Below the pieces are notes generated by a model that saw only the letters and a program-made list of their open reading frames with translations, was not told the origin of the DNA and did not search any database. The translations under genes were made by a program, and so were the position numbers. A stretch of DNA of 64,000 bases, from the NCBI GenBank assembly GCA_963766715.1, contig CAVYBH010000015.1, positions 288,001 to 352,000 on the forward strand, read 5' to 3'. This document shows, in pieces, positions 31,173 through 41,840 of the stretch. Numbering within the stretch: the first letter of the stretch is position 1; each line of letters starts with the position of its first letter. This stretch comes from an uncultured delta proteobacterium (lineage in GTDB: Bacteria > Myxococcota > Myxococcia > Myxococcales > Anaeromyxobacteraceae).

Positions 31173-31508
31173 TTGTTCCAGACGATCGAGCAGCTCGTGT
31201 TCGGCGCGGTCCAGTGGCTCCGGCTGGGGCTCGAGGCAATCGGCGCTCTCGTCATCGTGGCCGGCGCGGTCCGGGGATTCCTGGGGCTCTTCGGCCGCAT
31301 GTCCGGAGCCCAGGAGGGACAGTTCACCCCGGTGCGGCTCACGCTCGCCCGCTACCTGTCCCTGGCCCTGGAGTTCCAGCTGGCGGCGGACATCCTCTCC
31401 ACCTCCATCGCTCCGAGCTGGGACCAGATCGGCAAGCTCGCCGCCATCGCCGTGATCCGGACCGGTCTCAACTACTTCCTCGGTCTCGAGCTGAAGGGAG
31501 AGGCCTGA
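31173..31508 (+). CDS. DUF1622-type small membrane protein
   Basis: LARYLSLALEFQLAADIL, LAAIAVIRT.LNYFL; TTG start after GGAGGGG. Confidence 0.85.
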   Translation: MFQTIEQLVFGAVQWLRLGLEAIGALVIVAGAVRGFLGLFGRMSGAQEGQFTPVRLTLARYLSLALEFQLAADILSTSIAPSWDQIGKLAAIAVIRTGLNYFLGLELKGEA

Positions 31509-31610
31509 GGCTTCGACGGAGGGCGTCGCGGGACCCTTGCGGGAGCAGGCGAACCCGCTCTCGCCCTCTTAGACTACGGGTCCGCACTCCACGCGAAAGG
31601 AAAACCCAAG

Positions 31611-32111
31611 ATGGCCACCGTCACGCTGAAGGGGAACCCGATCCACACCAATGGCGAGCTTCCCGCCGCCGGCGCTCCCGCCCCGGACTTCAAGCTCACG
31701 GGGGTGGACCTGAAGGACGTCTCCCTCGCCGACTACAAGGGCAAGAAGAAGATCCTGAACATCGTCCCCAGCCTCGACACCGCCGTGTGCGCCGCCTCGA
31801 CCCGCCGCTTCAACGAGTCGGGCGGGAAGCTCGCGAACACCGTGGTGCTCGTGGTCTCCGCCGACCTGCCCTTCGCCATGAAGCGCTTCTGCACGACCGA
31901 GGGGCTCCAGAACGTGGTCAGCCTCTCCATGATCCGCGGCAAGGGCTTCGCCAAGGACTACGGCGTGCTCCTCCAGGACGGCCCGCTGGCCGGCCTGTCG
32001 GCCCGCGCGGTCGTGGTCGTCGACGAGAACGACAAGGTCGTCTACCGGGAGCTCGTCCCGGAGATCGGCCAGGAGCCCAACTACGACGCAGCGCTCGCCG
32101 CCGCGAAGTAG
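31611..32111 (+). CDS. tpx: Thiol peroxidase
   Basis: [31 protein letters not shown]. Confidence 0.95.
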   Translation: MATVTLKGNPIHTNGELPAAGAPAPDFKLTGVDLKDVSLADYKGKKKILNIVPSLDTAVCAASTRRFNESGGKLANTVVLVVSADLPFAMKRFCTTEGLQNVVSLSMIRGKGFAKDYGVLLQDGPLAGLSARAVVVVDENDKVVYRELVPEIGQEPNYDAALAAAK

Positions 32112-32205
32112 CCCCGGCAACGCCGCCGGACCGCTCGTCCGACGCCTCCAGGATCTCGCCGACGCGGGCGAGGCTCCGGGGGCGTCGTGGCACCAGCGGG
32201 TCCTG

Positions 32206-33018
32206 GTGGGGCTCCGGGAGGTGGTGCGCGCGGCCTCGCTGCTCACCACCGACCGGGCGCTCCGTCGCAGCGCGCTCCTCCCCACCGCCCTGACCCTCGC
32301 CGGCTCGGCCGCCTTCGCCGCGCTCGTGGCCTGGCGGAAGGAGGGGCGCTTCTTCGACCTCGCCTTCGCGAGCTTCGTCGCCCTGTCGTCGATGCCGCCC
32401 ACCCTGCTCTGGCCGCTCTGGACGCGGCTGGGGCTGGAGGCGAGGCGCGCGGCCGGCGCGCCGCCCGGCGAGGAGGAGCGGCCGGGCGAGAGCTACGCGC
32501 GACTGCTCGTGCGCGAGTCGGTGAAGGCGGTGCGGCAGGCGATCGTCGTCGCGGCCGGCCTGGCCCCGGTCTTCTTCCTCGTGGAGGCGCTGCCCGGCGT
32601 GGGGCACGGGATCACGATCCTGCTCGGCGCCTTCTGGGCCTGGTACTGGGTGGTCCTCGACGCGCTCGAGATCCCGGTGGAGCTCCAGCCGGGCCGGCTG
32701 GGGCCGGGCGAGCCCCCGTGGTTCGAGCGGGGACTCCGGCACCTGGGCGCGCGGTCCAGGTGGCTTCGCCCGCTCGCCTGGGTGGGGCGCTTCGCCGGAT
32801 CGCTGTCCCGCCCGTGGCGCCACCAGGCCATGTTCACCGAACGTCACCCGTGGGAATCGGCCGGGTTCGGGGTGGGCACGGTGGCCTTCCTCGCCATCCC
32901 GGTGCTGGGGGTCTTCTTCCGCGCCGTGGCCATCACCGCCGCCACCTCCCTGGTGGTGCGGGACGAGCCCCCCGTCCGGGGGGCCGAGGAAGTGGCGCCT
33001 GCCCGGGATCCTTCGTAG
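32206..33018 (+). CDS. Membrane protein, possibly EI24/CysZ-like
   Basis: Multiple hydrophobic helices, LPGVG and GFG..FLAIPVLG patterns. Confidence 0.55.
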   Translation: MGLREVVRAASLLTTDRALRRSALLPTALTLAGSAAFAALVAWRKEGRFFDLAFASFVALSSMPPTLLWPLWTRLGLEARRAAGAPPGEEERPGESYARLLVRESVKAVRQAIVVAAGLAPVFFLVEALPGVGHGITILLGAFWAWYWVVLDALEIPVELQPGRLGPGEPPWFERGLRHLGARSRWLRPLAWVGRFAGSLSRPWRHQAMFTERHPWESAGFGVGTVAFLAIPVLGVFFRAVAITAATSLVVRDEPPVRGAEEVAPARDPS

Positions 33019-33052
33019 GCTCGTCGGGTCACCCCAGGGAAAGGACCCCGCC

Positions 33053-33655
33053 ATGAATTCCGCCCGCCGCATCCTCCTCGCCGCCATCGCCGCGGCCGCC
33101 CTCCTCGCCGTCCCCACCGCCTCGCGCGCGGGCGACACCTACCTCGCCCTGAAGGGCGGCGTGTGGGTTCCCACCGCCAGCGACGGGTACTCGGCCATCA
33201 GCGGCTCCATCGATTCGATCGGAAGTGGGAAGTTCCCGGCCTCGGGCGACGTCGAGCTCGCCTACGGCGCCACGATGGGCATCATCGGAGCCCAGATCGC
33301 GACCGGCTACATGTGGTCGAGCACCACCACGAACGGCGTCACCGTGAAGGCGAACGCCGTCCCGCTCTACGCCGTCGGCCAGCTCCGGCTGCCCATCTTC
33401 TTCATCCAGCCGTACCTGGAGCTCGGGATCGGCGGCCTCGCCAACTTCGCCAGCGCCCAGGATCTGCAACGCCACCCTGTCCTCGACGAAGTTCTCGTTC
33501 CTGGTCGTCGGCGGCGCGGGCGTGGACTTCTTCCTCGGGCCGATCCTGCTGGGCGCCGAGGCGCGCTACATGTACGTCACGCCGCAGACCTTCACTGGGG
33601 CGACATGAAGCTCTCCGGCGTGAACATCACCGCCAACGTCGGCTACATCTTCTAG
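33053..33655 (+). CDS. Small outer-membrane beta-barrel protein (probable compensating indels)
   Basis: Signal peptide, QPYLELGIG, C-terminal ANVGYIF. Confidence 0.8.
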   Translation: MNSARRILLAAIAAAALLAVPTASRAGDTYLALKGGVWVPTASDGYSAISGSIDSIGSGKFPASGDVELAYGATMGIIGAQIATGYMWSSTTTNGVTVKANAVPLYAVGQLRLPIFFIQPYLELGIGGLANFASAQDLQRHPVLDEVLVPGRRRRGRGLLPRADPAGRRGALHVRHAADLHWGDMKLSGVNITANVGYIF

Positions 33656-33686
33656 CCAGGCGTCGCGAACCGGCCGACGGGGCGGG

Positions 33687-34205
33687 CTACTTCGCCGCCT
33701 TCTCGGCCGCGTCGTTGATCCGCGCCCCCTCGGCGGGCGCGGCGCGCGAGAGCACCAGCAGCTCCAGGTCGTAGTCCCGGTGCCGCGCCTCCTCCATGGT
33801 CCCTCGCTCCTGCTGGATCGAGGTGATGACGACGAAGCAGCCGTCCGGGCCGGCGGGCGTGCCCCGGATCTGGTAGCGGAGCCGCGTGCTGTCGAAGTCG
33901 GTCTCCGACTCGAACATGCCCCGGTCGTCCCGGGTGGTGGAGTGGCCGGCGTTCAGGAGGTTGGTGATGGCGCCCTGCTTGTCCTGCCCCGCCAGCTCCC
34001 GGTCGGTCCCCACGAGCTCGAAGCCCTTGCTGGCCAGGACCTTCAGCCCGTCGACCCAGAGCGCCTCGCAGGCGACGGGGAAGCGATAGTCGCGCATCAG
34101 GTCGCGGACGGCCGCGGGGCGCGCGCCGCCCGCCGTGAAGGAGGAGCAACCCGCGGCGGCGAGCCCGACCACCACCGCACACGTCACGACGACCCGGTTT
34201 CTCAT
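33687..34205 (-). CDS. Putative lipoprotein
   Basis: MRNRVVVTCAVVVGLAAAGC lipobox. Confidence 0.7.
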   Translation of the reverse strand: MRNRVVVTCAVVVGLAAAGCSSFTAGGARPAAVRDLMRDYRFPVACEALWVDGLKVLASKGFELVGTDRELAGQDKQGAITNLLNAGHSTTRDDRGMFESETDFDSTRLRYQIRGTPAGPDGCFVVITSIQQERGTMEEARHRDYDLELLVLSRAAPAEGARINDAAEKAAK

Positions 34206-34426
34206 CGGCTTTCCTCCTCCAGCTTCTTCTTCAGCGCCTCGAGCCCGGCGAGGTCCTCCGACCACAGGAGGCCGACCTGCGTCTCGCCGCCGCCCGTCGC
34301 GGGCGCGTAGCACACCTTGAGCCGCCACCGCTCCTGCTCGCAGGCCTTCTTGATCTCGAACCGGACTCCGCGACCTTCGCGGCGGACCACCTCGAGGGCC
34401 CGGGCGGCGTTCTCGGGAAGCAACAT
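34202..34426 (-). CDS. Small hypothetical protein
   Basis: Coding-like codon pattern; stop overlaps the next start (ATGA). Confidence 0.55.
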   Translation of the reverse strand: MLLPENAARALEVVRREGRGVRFEIKKACEQERWRLKVCYAPATGGGETQVGLLWSEDLAGLEALKKKLEEESR

Positions 34427-34447
34427 GGCCCGGCAGTAAACCACGGA

Positions 34448-35407
34448 TCAGGGCGGGGCGGCGTCGCAGCGAATCCGGCCGATGAGCGGCACGTGATCCG
34501 AGAGCCCCGCGAACGGGCTCCGCCGGTCCCCGAAGCGGCTCGAGCCGTCCAGGTCCAGGAAGCGGACGCCGTTGCCGAAGAAGACGTGGTCGAGGTGCAT
34601 CCGCATCCGCATGAAGCCGGCCGTGGGCCAGCCCCGGGCGTCGTCGGGGGCGATGACGCCGAGGGCTTGCTGGGCGCTCTGGAGCCCGGCGGTCTCGGTC
34701 AGGTAGCGGAAGACCGGCGAGCCCGGCGCGGAGTTGAAGTCGCCGCAGACCACGAACGGCTCCCCGTCGGCGTGGCGCGCCACCAGGGAGGCGAGCGTCC
34801 GGGCCTCGTGCAGCTGGTTCGGTCCCCAGCCCATCCGGGCCGGCTCCGTCCAGAATCCGCGGGCGAACGGCGTGGGGAGGGAGATGTGGGTGTTGAAGAC
34901 GTGGAGCCGCCGGCCGGAGGCGTCGGCGACCTTCATGTGGGCGCAGATGCGCGCCTGCTTGCGTTCCCGGAACCGCTCCACGTGGTGGTGCGTGATGTGG
35001 TGGGGGGAGTCGACGTTGTGCGACTCGACGCGCAGCCGGCGCGTGTTCACGAGGATGGCGAGGCCGTGGGTGGTGATGGCCATCCGCCGGATGCGGTTCG
35101 CATGGGCCTGGAAGTAGAAGCCGTCGTAGGGGAACGGAACCCCCATGCCCGCGAACACCTGCTCCAGCGCGGCCATGAAGCTCTCCAGCTGGGTCGCACC
35201 CTGGGTGGCACGCCGGTAGGCGAGGCGCGACCGGAGCGAGATGGTCTCGATCTCCTGCAGGCAGACGATGTCGGGGACGGGGTCGAGCGACGCGAGGGCC
35301 CGCGCGATCCGGTGCTCCGGCCCCCGCGTGCTCGCCAGCCCCTTCAGGGCGTGGCCGAAATACCGGACGTTGTAGCTGACGATGCGGAGCGGAGGAGGAC
35401 GGACCAT
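34448..35407 (-). CDS. Endonuclease/exonuclease/phosphatase family protein
   Basis: SYNV, DIVCLQE, NTH, CGDFN, LDHVF, SDH. Confidence 0.92.
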   Translation of the reverse strand: MVRPPPLRIVSYNVRYFGHALKGLASTRGPEHRIARALASLDPVPDIVCLQEIETISLRSRLAYRRATQGATQLESFMAALEQVFAGMGVPFPYDGFYFQAHANRIRRMAITTHGLAILVNTRRLRVESHNVDSPHHITHHHVERFRERKQARICAHMKVADASGRRLHVFNTHISLPTPFARGFWTEPARMGWGPNQLHEARTLASLVARHADGEPFVVCGDFNSAPGSPVFRYLTETAGLQSAQQALGVIAPDDARGWPTAGFMRMRMHLDHVFFGNGVRFLDLDGSSRFGDRRSPFAGLSDHVPLIGRIRCDAAPP

Positions 35408-35536
35408 GGTGCCCTCCGGATCATGTGCCCGGCACCGGCGCTCCGCAACGGCGAGTGAGCCCCGCCTCGGCGTGCACGGCGGGTCCGCCCCGGGCGGGAT
35501 CACCTTCCGGGAGCCGCAGGGGAGTAGGATCGCCGG

Positions 35537-36469
35537 ATGCCCTTCCCGGACGGGCGACCCGGTGAAGGAACCGAGTCGTGGAACCTGACCCCTTCCCGCT
35601 CTCCGGTCGAGAAGCGTCCCTATCTCCTCGTGGTGTCCGGACCGCAGCTCGGGGAGATCCACGCGCTCGCCGCGGGCCGGGAGATCGTGCTGGGGCGGGA
35701 TCCGGCCTGCGACGTCCAGCTCCGGGACACCGGCGTCTCCCGCCGGCACGCCGGGGTCCTGGCCGGCAAGGACGGGGCGCGGCTGCGGGACCTGGGGAGC
35801 ACGAACGGCGTCTTCGTCGAGGGGATCCGCGTCGCCGACTGCCAGATGCAGGACGGCCAGCGCATCCAGATGGGGATGCACACGTCGCTCAAGTACTGCC
35901 TCTGCGACGACCTCGAGATCGCCTACCAGCGGCGGCTCGCCGAGGGAGCGCTGCTCGACCCGGAGACCGGCCTCTTCAACCGGCGCCACTTCGAGGACCG
36001 GCTGGGCGCCGAGCTGGTCACGACGCAGCGCTACGCACGCCCCATGTCGCTGCTCGCGGTGGAGGTGGACGGGTTCCTCCGGGTGCTCGAGGCCCACGGC
36101 CGCCCCGCCGCGGAGGAGGCGCTGGGGCTCGTTGCACTATTGGTGAAATCCGCGGTGCGGCGCGAGGACGTGCTGGCGCGGCTGGGCGCCGAGCAGTTCG
36201 GGGTGGTGGCCCGGGAGACCCCCGTCTCGGCGGGCCGGGCGCTCGGGGAGCGGATCCGGAAGGCGGTCGAGCAGGGGCGCCTGTCGGTCCACGGCCAGGA
36301 CCTGCTCCTCACCGTGAGCGTGGGCGTGGCCGGCATCGACACCGTGGGCAGCTACACCCCGGCGCGCAGCGAGGCCGAGGCGCTGGCCATCGCGGTGCGG
36401 GCGATGCGCCAGGCCCTGGCGGCGGGCGGCAACCGGGTCACCGCCGACGGGCCGCTCTCGCTCCCGTAG
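35537..36469 (+). CDS. FHA domain plus degenerate GGDEF domain protein
   Basis: GR..VSRRHA..GSTNG (FHA); D.ETGLFNRR, RRED, LGAEQF, LTVSVG. Confidence 0.88.
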   Translation: MPFPDGRPGEGTESWNLTPSRSPVEKRPYLLVVSGPQLGEIHALAAGREIVLGRDPACDVQLRDTGVSRRHAGVLAGKDGARLRDLGSTNGVFVEGIRVADCQMQDGQRIQMGMHTSLKYCLCDDLEIAYQRRLAEGALLDPETGLFNRRHFEDRLGAELVTTQRYARPMSLLAVEVDGFLRVLEAHGRPAAEEALGLVALLVKSAVRREDVLARLGAEQFGVVARETPVSAGRALGERIRKAVEQGRLSVHGQDLLLTVSVGVAGIDTVGSYTPARSEAEALAIAVRAMRQALAAGGNRVTADGPLSLP

Positions 36470-36482
36470 CGGCGGGCGCGCC

Positions 36483-37955
36483 CTAGTTGTTCACTTCCTC
36501 GAAGGCGCCGACCGCGTTCAGCAGCTTGAGCGTGGCCAGGTCGACGTTCAGCGACTCGGCCACGAGCCCCACCTCGGCCTGGCGGAGCGTCTGCACCGAG
36601 TCGGTGGACTCGAGGTAGGTGGCGGCGCCGGCCTTGTAGGCCACGTCGACGAGCCGCGCGTTCTCCTGCGCGAGCCCGGTCCGCTCCTTCGCCTTGGCCC
36701 GGTTGGCGATGGCCGCCTGGAGGTCGAGCTGCGCCTCCTTCACCCGGCTGACGGCCCGGAGGTCGACCTGGCGCTTCAGCGCGTCGGCCTCGACGATCTT
36801 GGCGCTCTGCTCCCGGATGGAGGCCTCGCGCAGCCCGCCGTCGAGGAGCGTCCAGGTGAGGCCGACGCCCACCTGCCAGAAGAAGGCGTTGGGGTTGAAG
36901 GTGCTCGTGCTCGCGTAGCTGTACGATCCGAAGACGCCGATGCTCGGCAGGTACTGCATGTAGAGCCGGGTGCGCTCGCCGTAGGCCAGGTCGAGGTTCT
37001 CGGCGGCGGCCTTCACGTCGGGGCGCAGGTCGAGGGCCTGCTGCTCCAGGTTCGACCCCTTGGGCTGGGGGGGCGAGGTCGGGATCACGATGTCGAAGTC
37101 GTCCGGGCGATCGAGCGCGGTGGCGAGCGCGAGCTGGGCGCGCTGGAAGTCGATCTGGGCCCGCTTGAGGTCCTCCTCGGCCTGGGCCCGGTCGATCTCG
37201 GCGCGGAGCAGGCCGACCTTGGTCCCGGTGCCGGCCTCGAAGCGGACGCGGGCGTCCCGCTCCCGCTCCTTGGTGAGCACCACCTGCCGCTCCTGCACGG
37301 CGGAGAGCTCCTGCAGGCTGGCGACGCCGTAGTAGAGCTGCGCCACCGCGAAGAGGATGTCCCGGCGCGCCTGCATCACGTTGTAGTCGATGACCCGCTC
37401 GGCCTTGTACGCGTTCGAGATGAGGAGCATGGCCTGCGGCGCGACCACCGCCTGGGTGAGCTTCACCTGCCCCTGCGTCTGCACCAGCGGCTGGACGACG
37501 GTCGACGCGACGGCGCTCGGGTAGACGATGAGGTTGGTGGGGCGCCCGGGCACGGTGCCCCCGGCGTCGGGCCCCTGCTGGCTGCCCATGTCGCGGACGT
37601 AGTAGCCCGGCCGGGAGGTCGAAGGACGACCTCGTACTGGTTGCGGGCCACCTGCACGCCGGCGTTCACCTGCGGCAGGTAGATCGACCAGGCCTTCCAG
37701 GCGAGCTGGCGCGCCTGCTCGACGCGCGCGTCGAGCTGCTGGATGTCCAGGTTCTGCTTCCGCGCCGAGTCGATGGCCTCGCGGAGCGTGAGCACCTTCC
37801 GCTGGGCCGACGAGGCGGCCGGCTTCGCCGCGGGGGCCGGCGTCGCGGCGGCGGCGGCGCGGCTGGCGGCGGCGCGGCGTGTGGGGCGCCGAGGGGACGC
37901 CCTGGGGAGCGGCCTGTGCGAGGACGAGGGCGGCGAAGAAGGCGACTGGACTCAT
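36483..37955 (-). CDS. TolC-family outer-membrane protein (frameshifted)
   Basis: LTLREAI..A..N, VAQLYY, RFEAG, RPD, YLP, YKAG efflux-family repeats. Confidence 0.85.
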   Translation of the reverse strand: MSPVAFFAALVLAQAAPQGVPSAPHTPRRRQPRRRRRDAGPRGEAGRLVGPAEGAHAPRGHRLGAEAEPGHPAARRARRAGAPARLEGLVDLPAAGERRRAGGPQPVRGRPSTSRPGYYVRDMGSQQGPDAGGTVPGRPTNLIVYPSAVASTVVQPLVQTQGQVKLTQAVVAPQAMLLISNAYKAERVIDYNVMQARRDILFAVAQLYYGVASLQELSAVQERQVVLTKERERDARVRFEAGTGTKVGLLRAEIDRAQAEEDLKRAQIDFQRAQLALATALDRPDDFDIVIPTSPPQPKGSNLEQQALDLRPDVKAAAENLDLAYGERTRLYMQYLPSIGVFGSYSYASTSTFNPNAFFWQVGVGLTWTLLDGGLREASIREQSAKIVEADALKRQVDLRAVSRVKEAQLDLQAAIANRAKAKERTGLAQENARLVDVAYKAGAATYLESTDSVQTLRQAEVGLVAESLNVDLATLKLLNAVGAFEEVNN

Positions 37956-38102
37956 GAATCCTCCATTTGGCATGCGAGGTCTACACCACGGCGCCCCGCT
38001 GCGCTCGCAGGAATTAGCGGCCCGACAGGGGTCGTGCAGCGGCGGAGGGCGCGCCTCCTCGAGAGGGGGGCGGCGGCCCTGCCAGCGCCGGGGTCGGCCC
38101 GG

Positions 38103-41100
38103 CTACTTCCCGCCCAGGTCCTCAATCTCGCGCTCGACGTCCTTCTTGTCGTCGGCGTCCGGACGCATCGAGAGGTATTTCCTCAACTCCTGGACCGCGC
38201 GGGCCTTCTGCCCCTGCTCCTTCGCCCAGAAGCCCAGGTAGAGGTGGGGCATCGGGTTCGCGGGGTCGTTCGCGACGGCCTTCTCGTACCAGGGGACGGC
38301 GGCCTTGAGCCCCTGCGTGTCATTCACTGTACGTGCAATGAGGTAGTAGGCCTCCACCCGGGTGGGATCGTTCCGGAGGGCCTGCTGGTAGAGCGCGACG
38401 GCCTCGGTCGTGCGGCCGAGCTGGGCCTGGCACGAGGCCAGCTCGATCCGGGCCGTCTCCCGCCTCGGGTCCACCTCGAGCGCCTTCTGGAACTGGGGAA
38501 TGGCCTGCTTGCAGTCGCTGTGGACCGCGTAGAGCCGGCCCAGGTGCTCGTAGGCCTCCGGGGCGCGCGGCGCGGCCTGGGCGGCCGCGCGGTAGGCCCG
38601 GATGGCCTCCGGCAGCTGGCCGGTGCGCTCGAGCGCGTCCCCCAGCTCGACCTGGTACACGGGCTCTCCGGGCGCCAGGTTCGTGGCCCTGCGCAGCCGG
38701 TCCACCGCGCCCGCCGGGTCGCCCTTGGCGAGGAGCACCCTGCCCATCCAGTACTGTGCCTCGGCCAGGTTCGCGTCGAGGTTCGTGGCCTGGTCGAGCG
38801 ACTGGAAGGCCTCGTCGGCCTTCTTCTGCTCGAGCAGCATCGCGCCCAGCCGGACCCGGGCGAGCGCCCCCCGGGGATCGAGGGCCACGGCGGCCTCGAG
38901 GGCCTTGCGAGCGGGCTCGGCCTCGCCGGAGCGCCAGAGGGTCCAGCCCAGGAGCAGCTGCGCGTCGGCGGAGCCGGGGTCGGCGACCACGGCCTTCTCG
39001 GCCATGGCCCGGGCGCGCGGGAACGTCGCCCCGCAGGAGCGCCAGGCGAGCCGAGCCCGCCAGCGCCGCCGCGTTCCCGGGATCGGCCGCCAGCGCCTTC
39101 GCGAACGCCGCCTCTGCGGCGGGCTGGTTCCCCCGCAGGAGCTCGAGGAGGCCGACGGTGGCCAGCACCTCGGGCTCGGCGGGCGCCTTCTCGGACGCGA
39201 TCTGGACCTGGGCGGCCGCGACCTCCAGCTCCCCCTCGGCGAGCGACAGCCGGGCCAGCGCCAGCGGGGCCTGCCATCCGCCCGGCGCCTTCGCGGCCGC
39301 CTTCTCGTAGAGCTTGCGGGCCTCGGGCCTCCGGCCCGCCCTCTGCTCGAGCAGCCCCTTGGCGAGGAGGAGGTCCGGGTCATCGGCGAAGCGGGCGAGG
39401 GCCGCGTCGATCGTGTTGGCGGCGTCGACGGGCTTGCCGGCGGCGAGCTGCGCCCGCGCGAGCAGCGCGGAGACCGCGGCGGATCGGCTGGCCGCCGGCA
39501 CGGACTCGAGCACCTGCGCGGCCTTCGCCGTCTCCCCGCGCCGGAGCAGGAGCCGGCCCAGCTCCACCCGGGCCTCCACGGAACCCGGCTGGTCCTTCGT
39601 GGCCAGCTCCAGCTCGGCCTCGGCGGCGGCCAGGTCGCCGCGGCGAGCCAGGGTGCCGGCCAGCAGCACGCGGGCACGCGCACGTTCCGCCGGTCCGAGC
39701 CGGCCGAGCTGGTCCTTGTCGAGGAGCGCCCGGAGGCGGGCCTCCGCGCCCGGATCGCCGGCGCGGTCGAGCAGGGCGGCGAGGTCGAGGGACGCCGCCG
39801 CGTGCTGCGGGTCCTTCGCCAGGTCCGCCTCGAGGAGCGCGCGGGCCCCCTTCTCGTCGCCGCGCCGGACCAGGACCGCGGCGCGGAGCCGCGCCGATCG
39901 GGGAGAGCCCGGCGCGCGCGCGTCGAGCCGATCGAGGAAGGAGGCGGCCTTGGCGGGATCGCCGCGCGCCAGCGCCGCGCGGGCCAGCAGGAAGAGCGTC
40001 TCGGGATTCGGCCTCCGCCGGCAGGAGCTTCTCCAGCGCGAGCGCCGGCGCCGTCGCGTCCTCTCCTGCCGCGAGCGCCACCGCGACGCGCGCCTCCTGG
40101 GCGCCGAGGGACGCGGGCTCCTCCGCGAGGAGCGAGCCCGAGAGCTGCCTGGCGCGAGGGAGGATGGCGTCGGCGCCGCGCGGAGCGAGTGCGGCGGCCG
40201 CGCTGGCGAGCAGCCGGATGCCCTGCGGGTCGTCCGCGCGCCGGGCCAGCCCTTGCTCGGCGAGCTCCCGCGCCTTCTCGTCCGACGGGAACGCATCCAG
40301 CGCCAGCGCCGCGCGCCCCTCGGCGGCGAGCCTGGCGACCGCCGGGTCGCCGTGGCCCCGGAAGACCTTCCAGAAGAAGGGGCCATACCGCGTCATGGCG
40401 CCGGCCGCTCCGATCCCCGCGACGAGCAGCAGCACGCCGGCGGCCACCGCGATCGACACCGTGCGGCGGCTCACCGGGGCCCCGCTCGCGGCCGCCTCGC
40501 GGAAGCCGCTCTGCATCCGGGGCTGGAACGGCGCCGGGACCCGCGCGCCGCCGGCCGGCACGGTCGTCTCCGGCGACGAGCGGCGCCTGCTGCATCTGGC
40601 GGACGGCCTTCTCGAACACGGCCACCGCGGCGATGGACATCCACTCGTCGCCCTCTCCGGCGGAGACGTCCTCGTTGCCGTTCAGCTCGCCCTTGCCGAG
40701 CATGTCGGAGATCTCACGCTCGGTGAACGGGCCGAAGACGCGGCCGGACGGGCGCCGGACCTTGTAGGTCGGCTCGGCGGTCTTGCGGGCCGGGGGCGGC
40801 CGGGGCGCGTCCTCGCCCGACGGCGCGAAGAGCATCTCCAGCTCCTCGTCGGGCGGGGGCGGGGCGCCGCGCGGGGGTCGCAGCGAACGGGTCCGGCGCC
40901 GCGTGGTCGAGGGGCACCTCGCCGAAGGAGAGCGGCTCGGGCGTGGGCTCGGCGGCGACCGGGGGCTCGAGCGGCTCGGGCGTCCGGCTCGGCTCGATGG
41001 CGCCACCGCGGCGAACATGTCCGGCTCCTCCGGGGCGAGCGGCTCGGCCGTCTCGAGCTCCTGGAAGGGCGCGCCAAAGGGCTCGTACGGCTCGGCGCCG

Positions 41101-41758
41101 GGGTCGCACGGCGGGCGTCGGCTCGACCGGAGCGGGCTCGGGAGCGGGCTCGGCCTCCGGCTCGAGCTGCGCCTCCGGCAGGGGCTCGTCGAGCGACGCG
41201 GGCAACTCGTCGGGCTCGAACTCGGCCTTCCGGGAGCAGGTCGGGGTCCTCGGGAGGGGGCCAGGCCGGCGCCGCCCGGGCCTGGGGATCGCCCGCCGGT
41301 CCCGGCAGGGGGATCGCGCCGGGAACCGAGGGGGAGGCGACGGCCGGGGGCGGGACGCGCGTTCCCGGACGAGGGGGCGGGGCGCCCACGAAGGTGGGAG
41401 AGGACGGCGGGGGCACGGTCGGCATCGGCGCCTTGCCGGGCAGCGGCACGGGGGCATCCGGGCGGAAGGCGAGCGGCCGGCGGCGGGGGCGGCGCCATGC
41501 CCACCATGGTCATGCCTCCGCGAGGAGCGACCGGGGGCGGGGCCGGACGGCGTCGCCGGGGCCGGAGGGGCCCCGACCATCGTGGGGGCGGCCGCCGAGG
41601 CCGGAGGCTGGCCGGCCATGGTCGTGGCCGGGCGCCTGGGCGATGCGCACCGAGAAGACCCGTTCGCACTGGGGGCAGCGAACGCGCAGCCCGCCCGGCG
41701 GGATCTTCTCGGGGTCGACGTCGTAGCCGGCCTGGCACTGCGGACAGGTGATGCGCAT
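38103..41758 (-). CDS. Zinc-ribbon / Pro-rich / GYF-like / TM / multi-TPR protein (many indels)
   Basis: MRITCPQC..VRCPQC; YKVRRPSGRVFGPF..W; TM VSIAVAAGVLLLVAGIG; many TPRs to C-terminus. Confidence 0.8.
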
Positions 41759-41840
41759 GGCGGTGGCGCCCCTCGGTACCCGCGCGCTGGCGCGGGAGCA
41801 ACCTGCGTGCTAGCTAGGATCCGGAATCGTACCGCCGCCC

